From Candidatus Latescibacterota bacterium (GTDB lineage Bacteria; Latescibacterota; UBA2968; UBA8231), in contig OY730476.1 of assembly GCA_963422735.1 (NCBI GenBank), forward strand, positions 3,968,001 through 4,032,000: 64,000 bases of DNA. Reading direction: 5' to 3'. The translations under genes and the position numbers were made by a program. A model generated the notes under the pieces. It was not told where the DNA came from. It saw nothing but the letters and a program-made list of their open reading frames with translations, and did not search any database. This document shows, piece by piece, positions 20,407 to 30,964 of the stretch. Every line of letters begins with the position of its first letter. The first letter of the stretch is position 1.

Positions 20407-23238
20407 GTGATGACTAAGATACTGAAAGCAGGCATGCTGGCGGTGGTGCTGGGCGGTCCGTCGGTCGCGCAGCACTCGCCCGGCCTCGACTGGCACCAGA
20501 TCCAGACGGAGCGATTCAGAATTGTTTTTCCCGCGGCGATCACCGCCGACGCCCAGCGGGTGGCCAATACGCTGGAACACATCTACAGCCCGGTCTCCAA
20601 AACGCTGCAGGGGCCGCAAAAGCCGCTGGAGGTGGTGCTGGTCAACCAAGTGGTCCAGCCCAACGGTTTTGTTGCCTTGGGGCCGCGCCGCAGCGTGTGG
20701 TTCAGTACCCCGCCCCAGAACGCTGGGCTGCTCAGCGGCGAGTGGTACCAACTGCTGGCACTCCACGAGATGCGCCACGTGGTGCAGTTCGACCGCATGC
20801 GCCGGGGCCTTGTCCGCCTAGCGTGGGGGCTGTTAGGCGAACAGGGCCAACAACTCGCGAGTTATCTTTTGGTGCCGCCGTGGTTCTGGGAGGGGGATGC
20901 AGTGGGGGTCGAGACGGCACTGAGCCCAAGCGGGCGCGGGCGCATGCCTCGGTTCGGCTTGGACATCCGGGCCCTGCTTCTGGCGGGGCAGCGCTATTCC
21001 TACTATAAGGCCCACCATGGCTCGTACCGCGATTGGTACCCCAGCCACTACCCCCTTGGGTATTTTATGACGACCTATGTCAAGCGCCGCTACGGTCCAG
21101 AGTTGTGGGACCAAGTGATAGGCCGCACCGCCCGCTGGGGGTTCCACCCCTTCGCCTTCAGCCGTGCGCTTAGGAAACAGACCGGTGCCAGCACCGCCCA
21201 AACCTACGAGCGGACCATGGACGAGTTGGCCGGGCTGTGGCGGGCGCAGCAGCAAGACCTGCCCACGACGCCGTTGCGGATGCTCCCCGGGCAGCAGGGC
21301 CGGTCGGGCATCTGGACCAACTACGAATACCCGCAACCGCTGGCCGACGGCAGCGTGCTGGCGAGCAAGAGCGGCCTAGCCGATCCGGCGACCCTAGTGC
21401 GGCTGTACCCCGACGGCCGCGAGGAGCGCGTGCGCTTCTACCAATCCTTCGGCAGCCTCCGCCTAGCCGGCGGTAAAGTGGCTTGGAACCGCTCCACCCC
21501 GGACCGACGCTGGGGCTACCGCAACTATTCCGACGTGGTGGTGCTGGACGTCGACAGCGGCCGGATGCGCCAGATCACCCACAAGGCGAAGTTGTTCGCG
21601 CCCGCCCCTTCGCCCGATGGCGCGCGCATCGCCGCCGTTGAATTCGGACCGGACCGGCGCTGTCACTTGGTGCTGTTGGAGACTGCCAGCGGCGCGATGC
21701 AGGCCCGTTTTCCGGCCCCGGACGGGGTGTTGTGGCACACACCGGCGTGGTCGGCGGACGGACAACATATCGCCGTGGTGCGGCAGGACGAACGCGGCAA
21801 CGCGCTCGAGCGCATTGACGCTGCCGATGGTCAGGGGCAGATCGTGTTGGAGCACACCCACGCCGATATCGGCTGGCCGGTCTTTTGGGGTTCCTACCTG
21901 CTGTTTGACGCCCCCTATGCGGGCATTGACAATATCCACGCTGTCCACCTGCCAAGCGGTGCCCGCTATCAAGTTACCTCCCGGCCACTAGCAGCCATCC
22001 ACGCGGCAGTGGCCGGCGATTCGCTCCTGTTCCAAGAATACACCGTCAATGGCTACCGCATCGCGGCCATGCCCCTAGATCCGGCCACTTGGACGCCGGT
22101 TGAGCAGGCCGCGGACCGCCGGGTGCGCTACTACGAACCGCTGCTTGCCCAAGAGCAGGGCGGCAGCGTGTTGGCGGACATCCCGCAGATGACCTACCCG
22201 GTGCGCCGCTACCGGCCGCTGGGCCATCTGCTCAAGGTCCATAGCTGGTATTTCTGGCCCTTGCAGCCGCGCTACACTCTCGGTCTCCTGTCCAGCGATT
22301 TGCTCGATCTCAGCCGCATGAGTGGCGGGCTCGAATACAACAGCAACGAGCGCGCCTTCAGCGTCTTGGGCGATCTCAGCCTAGCGGCGTGGTATCCCGT
22401 TTTTAGCTTGGGCGGCCGTTGGGGCGAGCGGGGCGGAACCTACCAGCTCAAAGGGCAAGACGTCACTGACAAGTGGAGCGAAAAAAGCCTGCGCGTCGGC
22501 GTCGAAGTACCCTTGAATTTTTCTCGCGGCCCTTGGCAGTCTTCCGCCCATTTGGGATTGCGGGCCGAGTGGACCGATATCGCGGACAAGAACGACCCGA
22601 ACCAGCCCGGTTCAAACGGCGCGTTCAAAGAAAACCAGAACGGACGCTTTGCGCCGCTGACGTACCAGCTAGCTTTCGAGCGGTCGCGCCAGCCGGCAAA
22701 GCGCGATCTGAATCCGGCTTGGGGCCAGAGCCTGCAGTTGACCTATCACCACACTCCTCTTGCGGGCGACTACGACGGCACCTTGCTGTCGGGGCGGCTG
22801 GGTCTGTTCTTTCCCGGTCTGGCGGCCCACCACAGCTTGCAACTAGAAGGTACTTACGAGTGGCAAAATCCCGCCGCCGATGCCGGGGCCAATCCCTACC
22901 GCTTTGCAAGCGAACAGACCTTTGTCCGCGGCTACGACTATCGCTTCCACCGCCGCTTTTACCAGGGGGCGGCCAACTATGCCCTGCCGCTGTTCTACCC
23001 GGACTGGAACCTAGGGGCCCTGGTGTACCTCAAGCGCCTCAAGGCCAACGGCTTTTACGACTACGGTCGCGGCGAGGATGGCTCTCGGCACACCATCTAC
23101 CAAACGGCCGGAGCGGAGTTGACGGCCAATTTTCATCTCTTTTCACTGCCGATCGAATGGGATATGGGCCTGAGGTACGCCTACCGTTTTGACGACGGGG
23201 ATTCGCGCTTTGGCGTGGTGTTCAACATGGGGTTTTGA
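20407..23238 (+). CDS. Outer-membrane protein with HExxH zincin-like domain, TolB-like beta-propeller and C-terminal beta-barrel
   Basis: Signal peptide; LHEMRH, PWFWEGDA; PSPDG and PAWSADG propeller repeats; terminal Phe. Confidence 0.75.
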   Translation: MMTKILKAGMLAVVLGGPSVAQHSPGLDWHQIQTERFRIVFPAAITADAQRVANTLEHIYSPVSKTLQGPQKPLEVVLVNQVVQPNGFVALGPRRSVWFSTPPQNAGLLSGEWYQLLALHEMRHVVQFDRMRRGLVRLAWGLLGEQGQQLASYLLVPPWFWEGDAVGVETALSPSGRGRMPRFGLDIRALLLAGQRYSYYKAHHGSYRDWYPSHYPLGYFMTTYVKRRYGPELWDQVIGRTARWGFHPFAFSRALRKQTGASTAQTYERTMDELAGLWRAQQQDLPTTPLRMLPGQQGRSGIWTNYEYPQPLADGSVLASKSGLADPATLVRLYPDGREERVRFYQSFGSLRLAGGKVAWNRSTPDRRWGYRNYSDVVVLDVDSGRMRQITHKAKLFAPAPSPDGARIAAVEFGPDRRCHLVLLETASGAMQARFPAPDGVLWHTPAWSADGQHIAVVRQDERGNALERIDAADGQGQIVLEHTHADIGWPVFWGSYLLFDAPYAGIDNIHAVHLPSGARYQVTSRPLAAIHAAVAGDSLLFQEYTVNGYRIAAMPLDPATWTPVEQAADRRVRYYEPLLAQEQGGSVLADIPQMTYPVRRYRPLGHLLKVHSWYFWPLQPRYTLGLLSSDLLDLSRMSGGLEYNSNERAFSVLGDLSLAAWYPVFSLGGRWGERGGTYQLKGQDVTDKWSEKSLRVGVEVPLNFSRGPWQSSAHLGLRAEWTDIADKNDPNQPGSNGAFKENQNGRFAPLTYQLAFERSRQPAKRDLNPAWGQSLQLTYHHTPLAGDYDGTLLSGRLGLFFPGLAAHHSLQLEGTYEWQNPAADAGANPYRFASEQTFVRGYDYRFHRRFYQGAANYALPLFYPDWNLGALVYLKRLKANGFYDYGRGEDGSRHTIYQTAGAELTANFHLFSLPIEWDMGLRYAYRFDDGDSRFGVVFNMGF

Positions 23239-23437
23239 GTCGGCCGCCCACGGCCCTGGGTGGCGGGGAACAGCACCTATCCTTCGGTTGCGCTTGGTGT
23301 GAGCGGCTTGGAGAGCGATTTTCTGCTGCTCGCCGTGTAAATCCCGGCCGACCGGCAAAAAATTCAGTAGCCTGAGTACGCGCTGCGCCGATATGAGGAC
23401 GTTGCAAATGGACCTTTGAGTCCACTACCAGACAACC

Positions 23438-24562
23438 ATGCCCTACGATATATCACAAGAAAAAAGAGACTGGTACCGGGAAATCTCTGCTCGATCTAGG
23501 CAGAGGAAAAAAGCAGCGATCCGCGGTGAGTTTCAACGCGACCCAAGCAGAATTAACAAGCCGGTTTTGGAGCCAAATAAACTAATGCCCCAACAGCGAC
23601 AACAGGGTTTGAGGGCGATGTCCCTGTTTTCAGGGGGTGGCGGCTTGGACCTCGGTTTTGAGCGGGCCGGCTTTGAGCATGTTGCCAGTTTTGATTCATT
23701 GGAGATTTGCGGTGCCACGCTGCAGCACAATCGTCCCCAATGGAAGGTGCTATCGGGTCTAGATGGTGATGTAACAAAGGTTAATTGGGCAGCCTATCAA
23801 GGCACCGTCGATCTCATCCACGGCGGACCTCCATGCCAGCCTTTCTCGGTTGCTGGAAGACAAAATGGAAGTAAAGATACTAGGGATATGTGGCCGGCGT
23901 TTATTGACGCCGTGATGGCTATCAAACCCAATGCGTTTGTAGCTGAAAACGTTCCGGGATTGCTCGACCCTAAATTCAGTGAGTACGTGAACAAGGCGAT
24001 TTTAGCACCTTTAAAACCAAGCTATCACATCGTCAAGTTCAAAGCAGTTGCCTCCGAGTTTGGCGTCCCCCAAGTGCGGAAGCGAGTCATTTTCGTCGGG
24101 TTTAGATCACCCAAAGTAGCCAATGAATTCGAGGTTCCGCAGGCAACGCACTTTCCCAACGATAGTCTGTTTTCATCGGGCAGATGTACGCTGGGTGCTA
24201 GGGCGGCTTTGGGCCTAGGCGACATTGGATTCGACTGCTTTGCACCAACGATCCGTTCTGGCTTTACTGGTCCGAGAAAGACGACTAGCATTCTAAATAG
24301 CAAGGCTAGTCAAAGGGTGTGGGAAAAACTACTGATTTGGCCGAACGGTGTGCAGCGGTCGAGAGAGGAAGCCGTGATGTTTCCCCCAGAAAACGGACAT
24401 TTCAGGCTTTCCGTCCAAGATTGTGCTCTTCTGCAAGGCTTTCCAGAAGATTGGCTCTTTGAGGGTGCTGTGTACCAGATCCTTGGGCAAATCGGCAATT
24501 CCGTTTGTCCGCCGGTGAGTTATGCTATCGCAAAATCTGCAGCGAGCGCATTGAGGGCCTAA
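23438..24562 (+). CDS. DNA (cytosine-5) methyltransferase
   Basis: SLFSGGGG (I), GGPPCQPFS (IV), ENVPG (VI), QVRKR (VIII), LQGFP, QIGNSV (X). Confidence 0.96.
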   Translation: MPYDISQEKRDWYREISARSRQRKKAAIRGEFQRDPSRINKPVLEPNKLMPQQRQQGLRAMSLFSGGGGLDLGFERAGFEHVASFDSLEICGATLQHNRPQWKVLSGLDGDVTKVNWAAYQGTVDLIHGGPPCQPFSVAGRQNGSKDTRDMWPAFIDAVMAIKPNAFVAENVPGLLDPKFSEYVNKAILAPLKPSYHIVKFKAVASEFGVPQVRKRVIFVGFRSPKVANEFEVPQATHFPNDSLFSSGRCTLGARAALGLGDIGFDCFAPTIRSGFTGPRKTTSILNSKASQRVWEKLLIWPNGVQRSREEAVMFPPENGHFRLSVQDCALLQGFPEDWLFEGAVYQILGQIGNSVCPPVSYAIAKSAASALRA

Positions 24563-25312
24563 GTGGCTGTCCAAGACGATAGCCGAGAAAAGGAAATGTG
24601 CCAGTTACTGGGCTTGCGGGAGGGAGCAGGCCGTTCCGAAGTGGACGCATTTTTTGACTTTGAAGCGAATGGGAGAGTTTACTCTACCCCCATAGAACTC
24701 AAATCGACGACGACAGGCTCTGTTTCAACTGCAAGGGATGTAGGCCCTACCCACATAGCAAAGTGGAGAGCCCGAATATGGATTTTCGGTTTTTACGACT
24801 CCTCGGGGATCTCTCTACAGAAACTGCTCGTACTAGGGCCCAATGAGATGGAAAGCTGGATAGGGAAAATTGAGCAATATATTAAACCTGATTTTGCGAT
24901 AGGGGACCGCATTGCAGAGAAGCTCGACGTTGAAGACTTATACATCATATACAAAAGAAAGAGCAAGTACAGCTTAGAGGATGCCAAGTCTCTCCATAAG
25001 CGACAGTGGAACCAAAATAAGTATCTTTCAGAAATGGATGATGCTGATGGTTATACCCCCGAGAAAATGCTCGAAATTCTCAAATTGCGAGCCATTTATC
25101 TCAATCAACGCGGTTCAACGCTGAACAATCCACATATTCCGAAGTCGTTTTTTACAAACTTCAGAGACCAAATGATCGATGTGGTACATTTCAGTGCAGA
25201 TGCACGAGCCGCTATATACCATACACTACGCGGCACAACGATTGCCAACAAAACATTAATTCATTCTCACCACCTGTCAATTTCCACAAAGGAGCCTGTT
25301 CATGGCCTCTGA
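24563..25312 (+). CDS. Putative PD-(D/E)xK type II restriction endonuclease
   Basis: Directly abuts the MTase; VDA...IELKS motif; low GC. Confidence 0.7.
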   Translation: MAVQDDSREKEMCQLLGLREGAGRSEVDAFFDFEANGRVYSTPIELKSTTTGSVSTARDVGPTHIAKWRARIWIFGFYDSSGISLQKLLVLGPNEMESWIGKIEQYIKPDFAIGDRIAEKLDVEDLYIIYKRKSKYSLEDAKSLHKRQWNQNKYLSEMDDADGYTPEKMLEILKLRAIYLNQRGSTLNNPHIPKSFFTNFRDQMIDVVHFSADARAAIYHTLRGTTIANKTLIHSHHLSISTKEPVHGL

Positions 25313-25946
25313 AATTTTCGACTTTCGCCGAGAGGAACACATCAAAAACCTCCTCGTCACCCCGCACATCCGCTCTCGTTTCCTGCGCATGCAGCCGGGC
25401 GCGGTGGCCGATCTGCACAGCCACGACCTCGGCCACGAGATTTTCCTCATCCTGCAGGGCCGCTGCATCTTCCACATCGCCGGCAGCGAACAGGAGCTGT
25501 GCGCGGGCCAGCTCTGCGTTGCTCTCGCCGACGAGGTCCATCAGGTGCGGGCCATCGGCGACGAGCCCATGGTCATGTACCTGTCGGTCACGCCCCACAT
25601 CCAGCCGACCCACACCGGCCGCGATCCCGACGGAACCCGCCACCCGACTCGCTTCCAGCCCGCTAGCTCGTACGATGTGAAGACGGATACCGACACACCC
25701 ATCGACGAACTCATCGACAACTTCACGGCTGCAGCTACCGACTTGGCCCGTGCCGCCAGCGACCAAGCGACCGCCCAAAAAGAACGGAGCGACCAACTCA
25801 AGGCGGCTCTCGCGGCCGGCGACCAAGCACAGGCCACCCAGTTACGCGAAGCCATGTGGCAAGGCGTGTATCAGACCTTCAAGCGGACCTACGCCCTAGC
25901 TGATGTGTGGAACGACTTGACGCCCCGCGTCGGAAAGGTGGGTTGA
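25302..25946 (+). CDS. Cupin domain protein
   Basis: HSHDLGHEIFLILQG and EVHQV cupin motifs; AAGGAG RBS. Confidence 0.85.
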   Translation: MASEIFDFRREEHIKNLLVTPHIRSRFLRMQPGAVADLHSHDLGHEIFLILQGRCIFHIAGSEQELCAGQLCVALADEVHQVRAIGDEPMVMYLSVTPHIQPTHTGRDPDGTRHPTRFQPASSYDVKTDTDTPIDELIDNFTAAATDLARAASDQATAQKERSDQLKAALAAGDQAQATQLREAMWQGVYQTFKRTYALADVWNDLTPRVGKVG

Positions 25947-25947
25947 C

Positions 25948-27024
25948 GTGGCCCCTATCCGCATCGGCGTCGTCGGCTGCGGAGCCGTCGCCCAAGTCCA
26001 GCACCTGCCCAACCTCACCGCGCTCAAGGACCTGTTTTCCGTAGAAATGGTCTGCGACCTTTCGCCGAGTTTGGCGCGGACAGTGGCACAGGAGTTCTAC
26101 GTGCCGCACCACACCAACGACTGGCGCACGCTGCTCGCTGCCGATCTCGACGCCGTACTCTTGTGCCACACCGATCCCAAGACCGAGATCGCCGTCGCCG
26201 CCTTTGAGGCTGGTAAACACGTCTTTATCGAAAAGCCGATCTGCTTTTCGCTGCAAGAGGCCGACCGGATCATTGCCGCCCGGCAGGCGGCTGGCACCGT
26301 TGGCTTAGCCGGTTATATGAAGGGGTACGATCCGGCTTTTGAGGCTGCGGCCCGCGCCGCCGCTGATATGGCCGCGATCCGCTTCGTGCAGATCCACCAC
26401 CTGCACACCAACAACGCGCATCATCTAGCGCACTTTTGCCTGCACCGCACAGACGATATACCCGCTGATGCTGTCGAGCGGACGACCGCGGCGCGTGCGG
26501 CGGCCGTGCGCGAGGCCATCGGCGAGGTCTCCACCGACGTGCAGGTTGCCTTTGGCCACCTCGCCGGCAGCATGATACACGACCTCTACGGCCTGCGCGC
26601 TATCATGGGTATGCCCGAAAGGGTCGCCAGCACCGAAATCTGGTACGATGGCTGGGGCGTTAGCACCATGCTCTCATACTCAAACGGCGCTCGGTGTGCG
26701 GCAACTTGGGTCGAACTGAGGGATGTGCGCGATTTCAAGGAGACCCTCGAAGTTTGCGGTGACGACCGCCGCGTACTGCTATCCTATCCGACCGGCTTTT
26801 CGCGGGGGATCCTCTCCACCTTGGAGATTCAGACCCTCGACGAGGCCGGGGAGGCCATCGTCCACTGCCCGGCCATCGCGTGGGAAGGCCCCTTCGTCCG
26901 CGAGCTGAAGCACTTCCACGCCTGTATTACTGAGGGCGCGCAGCCGCGTACCCCCTTGGAAGAGGCCCGCTGCGACATCGCCCTGATCATCGATATCGTC
27001 AAAGCCTATATACAGAGTGGATAG
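25948..27024 (+). CDS. Gfo/Idh/MocA family oxidoreductase
   Basis: IGVVGCG, HVFIEKP, IHD. Confidence 0.92.
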   Translation: MAPIRIGVVGCGAVAQVQHLPNLTALKDLFSVEMVCDLSPSLARTVAQEFYVPHHTNDWRTLLAADLDAVLLCHTDPKTEIAVAAFEAGKHVFIEKPICFSLQEADRIIAARQAAGTVGLAGYMKGYDPAFEAAARAAADMAAIRFVQIHHLHTNNAHHLAHFCLHRTDDIPADAVERTTAARAAAVREAIGEVSTDVQVAFGHLAGSMIHDLYGLRAIMGMPERVASTEIWYDGWGVSTMLSYSNGARCAATWVELRDVRDFKETLEVCGDDRRVLLSYPTGFSRGILSTLEIQTLDEAGEAIVHCPAIAWEGPFVRELKHFHACITEGAQPRTPLEEARCDIALIIDIVKAYIQSG

Positions 27025-27102
27025 TGGTTAGTTCCCTTCCGCTCTTCACCCTAGGGGCGGGCGGAGTACTATCCACTATAAACTGCTAGCTGAGGAGGGG
27101 AC

Positions 27103-28686
27103 ATGGACCGCAAGCGGGAGGCACCGCCCATCATCTTCACCGACGACGGCTGGATTTTCACGGCCGAGGAGAACGTCTCGGTTGCCGACCTCAAAGAGAA
27201 AGTCGTCAACGGCTATGCCGGAACCGGCGGCGCACTCTGGTGGAGCACGGGTGATCACGAGGTCTATCAGTACGAGACGGAGATTGGCGAGCGATTCGGA
27301 GACGAAAGCAGCGGCCTCGACGCGACAGCCCCTTCCTTCGTCCACTCCTCTACGCCCGGCGTGGAGGAGCGGCTCGCCGCGAGCCTACAGAACCTGATCG
27401 CCGAGTGCGGCGGGCCGTTAACCGCGCTTGCAGGGCTATGCCGGGAGGTGGCGACCCCCTTCTTCCCCCGCATCCGCATGAACAGCCACTACGTCATCGA
27501 CCCGTCCCATCCCGGCTACGGTCGCTTCCGCCGCCAAAAGCCCCACCTGCTCATTGGCCGCCCCGGCGAAGAGTTTCCCGAAAAGTCGGTTGAGTGGGGC
27601 ATCCGCGCCGGCCTCGACTACGCCCACGCCGAGGTGCGCGAACACATGCGGCGCATTGCTTGTGAGGTCTTTGAGCACTTTGACGTCGATGGCATCGAAC
27701 TCGACTTCATGCGCCATCCGGCCTTCTTCCGCATGGCAGAAGCCTTGGCCAACAGCTACCTGATGACCGATCTGGTGCAAAAGATCAAGGCGCGGATCGA
27801 CGAGGTCAGTGCCCAACGGGGCAAACCGTTGCAACTAGCCGTCCGCGTCCCTCCGACCTTGGCCGATTCCCGGCGCATCGGCCTCAACGTTGATGAATGG
27901 ATCGAGACAGGCCTCGTCGATATCGTCGTCGTCGGGGGTGGTTTTATCTCCTTTGAGACTCCGGTCGATGAATTTGTCCGCGCTGCGGCCTCTACCCCCT
28001 GCCTCGTCTATGGCTGCATTGAGGCCACCCGCCACAGCGACCGACGCTTCCTCCGCGCCTTGGCCTTGCGCTGGCTCACCGACGGGGCCGACGGCATTTA
28101 TCTGTACAACTTCTACACTATGTCCCCGGGGTGGAACCGCCAAACAGCCGCTGAATTCTCCGATCTCGAAACCCTGAAAAAACTCGACAAGTGCTATGAA
28201 GTCGGCGGCACCATGTCCTTCAGCCCCACCGAGGGCCACAGTGCCGCCTTCCGCTTGGCCCACCCTTCGACGCCGCTTCCCGTGCCCTTGCCCGCCGACA
28301 GCCCGGGCTTGGGGCCGACGCTTTGCATCCGCGTCGCCGATGATGTGGCCGACGCCACCGGCGGCTTGGCCCTGCGTTTGAATCGCTTGCTCCCGGAGGA
28401 CCGCCTCGAAATCGTCCTCAACGGCCGCGCCCTCCCTTGGGGCCAAGCCCAAGTCTGCGCTGAGGGCTGGTCGCGCCAGCAGGTAGCATTGCTGTTTTGG
28501 GCCAGCTATCCAACCCGCTTGGTTGAGCAACAAATGGAAGGGGTTAGCGTGGGATTTGCAGTCGATGGTTCTCTTTTGCGGCAGGGAACCAACAAAATCG
28601 CCGTGCGGCTAGTGGCCGGGCAGAAAGATCGCCGCGAGCAAGTGGTACTGACCGGCGTCGAATTGGCTATCTCTCACTCTCCTTAG
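27103..28686 (+). CDS. Putative TIM-barrel glycoside hydrolase-like protein (GHL10-like)
   Basis: RIRMN, LDYAHAEVR, DVDGIELDFMRH, GADGIYLYNF. Confidence 0.65.
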   Translation: MDRKREAPPIIFTDDGWIFTAEENVSVADLKEKVVNGYAGTGGALWWSTGDHEVYQYETEIGERFGDESSGLDATAPSFVHSSTPGVEERLAASLQNLIAECGGPLTALAGLCREVATPFFPRIRMNSHYVIDPSHPGYGRFRRQKPHLLIGRPGEEFPEKSVEWGIRAGLDYAHAEVREHMRRIACEVFEHFDVDGIELDFMRHPAFFRMAEALANSYLMTDLVQKIKARIDEVSAQRGKPLQLAVRVPPTLADSRRIGLNVDEWIETGLVDIVVVGGGFISFETPVDEFVRAAASTPCLVYGCIEATRHSDRRFLRALALRWLTDGADGIYLYNFYTMSPGWNRQTAAEFSDLETLKKLDKCYEVGGTMSFSPTEGHSAAFRLAHPSTPLPVPLPADSPGLGPTLCIRVADDVADATGGLALRLNRLLPEDRLEIVLNGRALPWGQAQVCAEGWSRQQVALLFWASYPTRLVEQQMEGVSVGFAVDGSLLRQGTNKIAVRLVAGQKDRREQVVLTGVELAISHSP

Positions 28687-28728
28687 TTGGGATTCTTGGA
28701 AAGACACCGCATCCTCAGCTATAGACCG

Positions 28729-29808
28729 TTAAAATTCGGCAGCGAACTGGACCGTAATCGTGCTGGCTTGCTCGCCGTTGCCACCTTCCTTGCTTGCGTA
28801 GTCCTCGTCGTGCGCCCATTCGATGGCCGGCGTGAACCACTCTGTTAGTTCCACCGAAAGCCCGGCGAGCAACCGCCGCGTGGGTAGTTCGAGTGCAAGT
28901 GCTTTACCCGTACCCTGATAGCCGGCGACAACCGTTGCCTCCTTGCCCGCAAGGCTGACAGCGCAAGCTGCCTCAAGCAACCAACTCGACGATTGGGCAC
29001 CGCGGCCGGCGAATTCCACTTCGTGGCCTGCAAAGCGCTTCCGCGAAGCTAGGTATTCGCCAATCAGCGATGCGTCTTTGTAACCCAGCTCGGCGCTGGC
29101 TGTCCAACCCGGCATATTATTGCGGCCACGAGTATCGGCGATCGCCCCTTGCAGGCCGTCTGAAGCGCCGATGTCACTGATGTACGACAGGTTCAAGCCG
29201 AACTCGGACTCGCTGCGTTCCAGCGAATAGCCGATCGCAGCACCGTAACCGCCATTTTGGTCCTTGTTGCCGTAGAAGCCGAAGATGGACCCGTGCAATC
29301 CGCCGGACGATAACCCGAATTGCAAGACAAGCTCGTTTGTTTCGCCGAGTTCAAGCGTCAGCGGATCGGAGATCAAGTTGGTTGCAAACACGCCGAATGG
29401 CGTGTATTGTCGGCCTGCCGTGAGAGACCACAAGCCTTCCGGCGCTCCGACCGTCAACGTTGCGACATCGATCGCGCTACTTGTGCTGTCTTCCCCGTCG
29501 TCCAGCCCAATATTCACGGTCTCGTATAGCAAGCCGACCTCGCCGCCAATCCAGTCGTTCACCGCAGCCTCGACCCCAAGCACGGCTTCCGCCACGCCGG
29601 CACCTGCGATGTTGTCTCCCGCGTCCGGACGCCGGTACACCCCTTCCGCGTCGATCTGACCCCCAACTTCCCACTCGCCAAACCATGCATTCACTTTGGG
29701 CTGCTCGGCCGTCCAGCGCTTCGTTTTGTCGGCTGATTCTTGGCCCAGCGCAAGCCCGTGCCAAGCTAGCAAAGTCGCGCCAGCGATGATGCAGGCTCTT
29801 ACCTTCAT
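28729..29808 (-). CDS. LbtU-family porin
   Basis: Signal peptide; GRQYTPFG, ISDPLTLELGET; ends TVQFAAEF. Confidence 0.8.
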   Translation of the reverse strand: MKVRACIIAGATLLAWHGLALGQESADKTKRWTAEQPKVNAWFGEWEVGGQIDAEGVYRRPDAGDNIAGAGVAEAVLGVEAAVNDWIGGEVGLLYETVNIGLDDGEDSTSSAIDVATLTVGAPEGLWSLTAGRQYTPFGVFATNLISDPLTLELGETNELVLQFGLSSGGLHGSIFGFYGNKDQNGGYGAAIGYSLERSESEFGLNLSYISDIGASDGLQGAIADTRGRNNMPGWTASAELGYKDASLIGEYLASRKRFAGHEVEFAGRGAQSSSWLLEAACAVSLAGKEATVVAGYQGTGKALALELPTRRLLAGLSVELTEWFTPAIEWAHDEDYASKEGGNGEQASTITVQFAAEF

Positions 29809-29824
29809 CTATCTGTTCCTAGTC

Positions 29825-30964
29825 TCAATACTGGCGGTAGATTCGGCCGCCCTTGACCACAATTAACGGTTCCAATTGCTGTTGGCCAGTGCGCATTTCC
29901 CCGCCTGAATCGGCCAACTCGAACTGACCTCGGCGCACATCGAACACTACGGCATCGCCCCAAGCTCCTACCGCGAGGGTGCCGATCTCGTCCGGCATCC
30001 CAATGACTTGGGCCGGCACTGCGGAGACTTTGGCTAGAGCGGTGTCGAGGTCCATGCCCAAATGGAGGAATTTGGATACGACGTTGACCAAGTCATAAAC
30101 AGGCCCGTTGAGGTTGTACACATGCAGATCCGAGGAAATGGTATGCGGCGCAAGACCGGTGCTTAGGGCAGTCTCGGCCACCTCCCAAGAAAAGGAGCCA
30201 GCACCGTGCCCCACATCAAAGAGCACGCCTCGCTCTACAGCCTCGTGTACCGCAGGGCGCACTTGGCCGGTCTCGTCGAGGATGCCGCACTTCATGCCGT
30301 GGAAGCAATGCGTGAGGATATCGCCCTGTTTCATAACGGCCAGCACATCATCGAGGCTGTCACACCAAGCGTCTTGGGGATGGACCATAATGGGCAAACC
30401 GGCCGCATCCGCGGCCTCGCGGGCCCGGTGCAGGGGCAGCATCCCTGAGCGCTTGCTGACGATGCTGTTGCGGGTGAGCCGCACCTTGACCCCCAAGATG
30501 AGATCGCGGTGTTGTTCGATCATGCGGCAGGCTTTGCCTACGTCTGCGTACTCCGGGATCTCGAACTCGCCGATTTCGTGCGTCAACATGCCCTGCGAGG
30601 AAATATTGAGCTGGGCCAAGATGCGAGTGGCGCTGACGTCGATGATGAACTTGCGGAAGCCGGGAAAAGTATCGGCCCCGGCCGAACCCGCATCAACCGC
30701 AGTGGTGACGCCTCGGGCTAAGCAAGTGGGATCGGGTTCAATGCCAAAGTGACTGACCCCCCAGTACACGTGGACGTGCAGGTCGATGAGGCCGGGGGTT
30801 ACCACGTAGCCTGTGACATTGAGGGTCTGGTGCGCTTGGGCCGCGGGCAGGTCGGCCCCAACCGCAGCGACTTTGCCGTCGGCAAAAGCCACGTCGAGCA
30901 TCGCGTGCAGTTGCTGAGCGGGATCAACTAGAGTGCCGCCTTTGAGGAGCAGGTCGTAGAGCAT
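29825..30964 (-). CDS. Amidohydrolase/deacetylase family metallohydrolase (dihydroorotase-like)
   Basis: PGLIDLHVH, VDAGSAG, GVKVR, LTHCF, DVGHG, ISSDLH; start at ATG 30964. Confidence 0.92.
   Translation of the reverse strand: MLYDLLLKGGTLVDPAQQLHAMLDVAFADGKVAAVGADLPAAQAHQTLNVTGYVVTPGLIDLHVHVYWGVSHFGIEPDPTCLARGVTTAVDAGSAGADTFPGFRKFIIDVSATRILAQLNISSQGMLTHEIGEFEIPEYADVGKACRMIEQHRDLILGVKVRLTRNSIVSKRSGMLPLHRAREAADAAGLPIMVHPQDAWCDSLDDVLAVMKQGDILTHCFHGMKCGILDETGQVRPAVHEAVERGVLFDVGHGAGSFSWEVAETALSTGLAPHTISSDLHVYNLNGPVYDLVNVVSKFLHLGMDLDTALAKVSAVPAQVIGMPDEIGTLAVGAWGDAVVFDVRRGQFELADSGGEMRTGQQQLEPLIVVKGGRIYRQY

Noticed and set aside
23370-25260. R-M pair as an integron cassette (GACGTTG upstream, GCCAACAA near the end)
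   Set aside because: The core sites do not match GTTRRRY/RYYYAAC well and no complete attC hairpin or integrase is visible.
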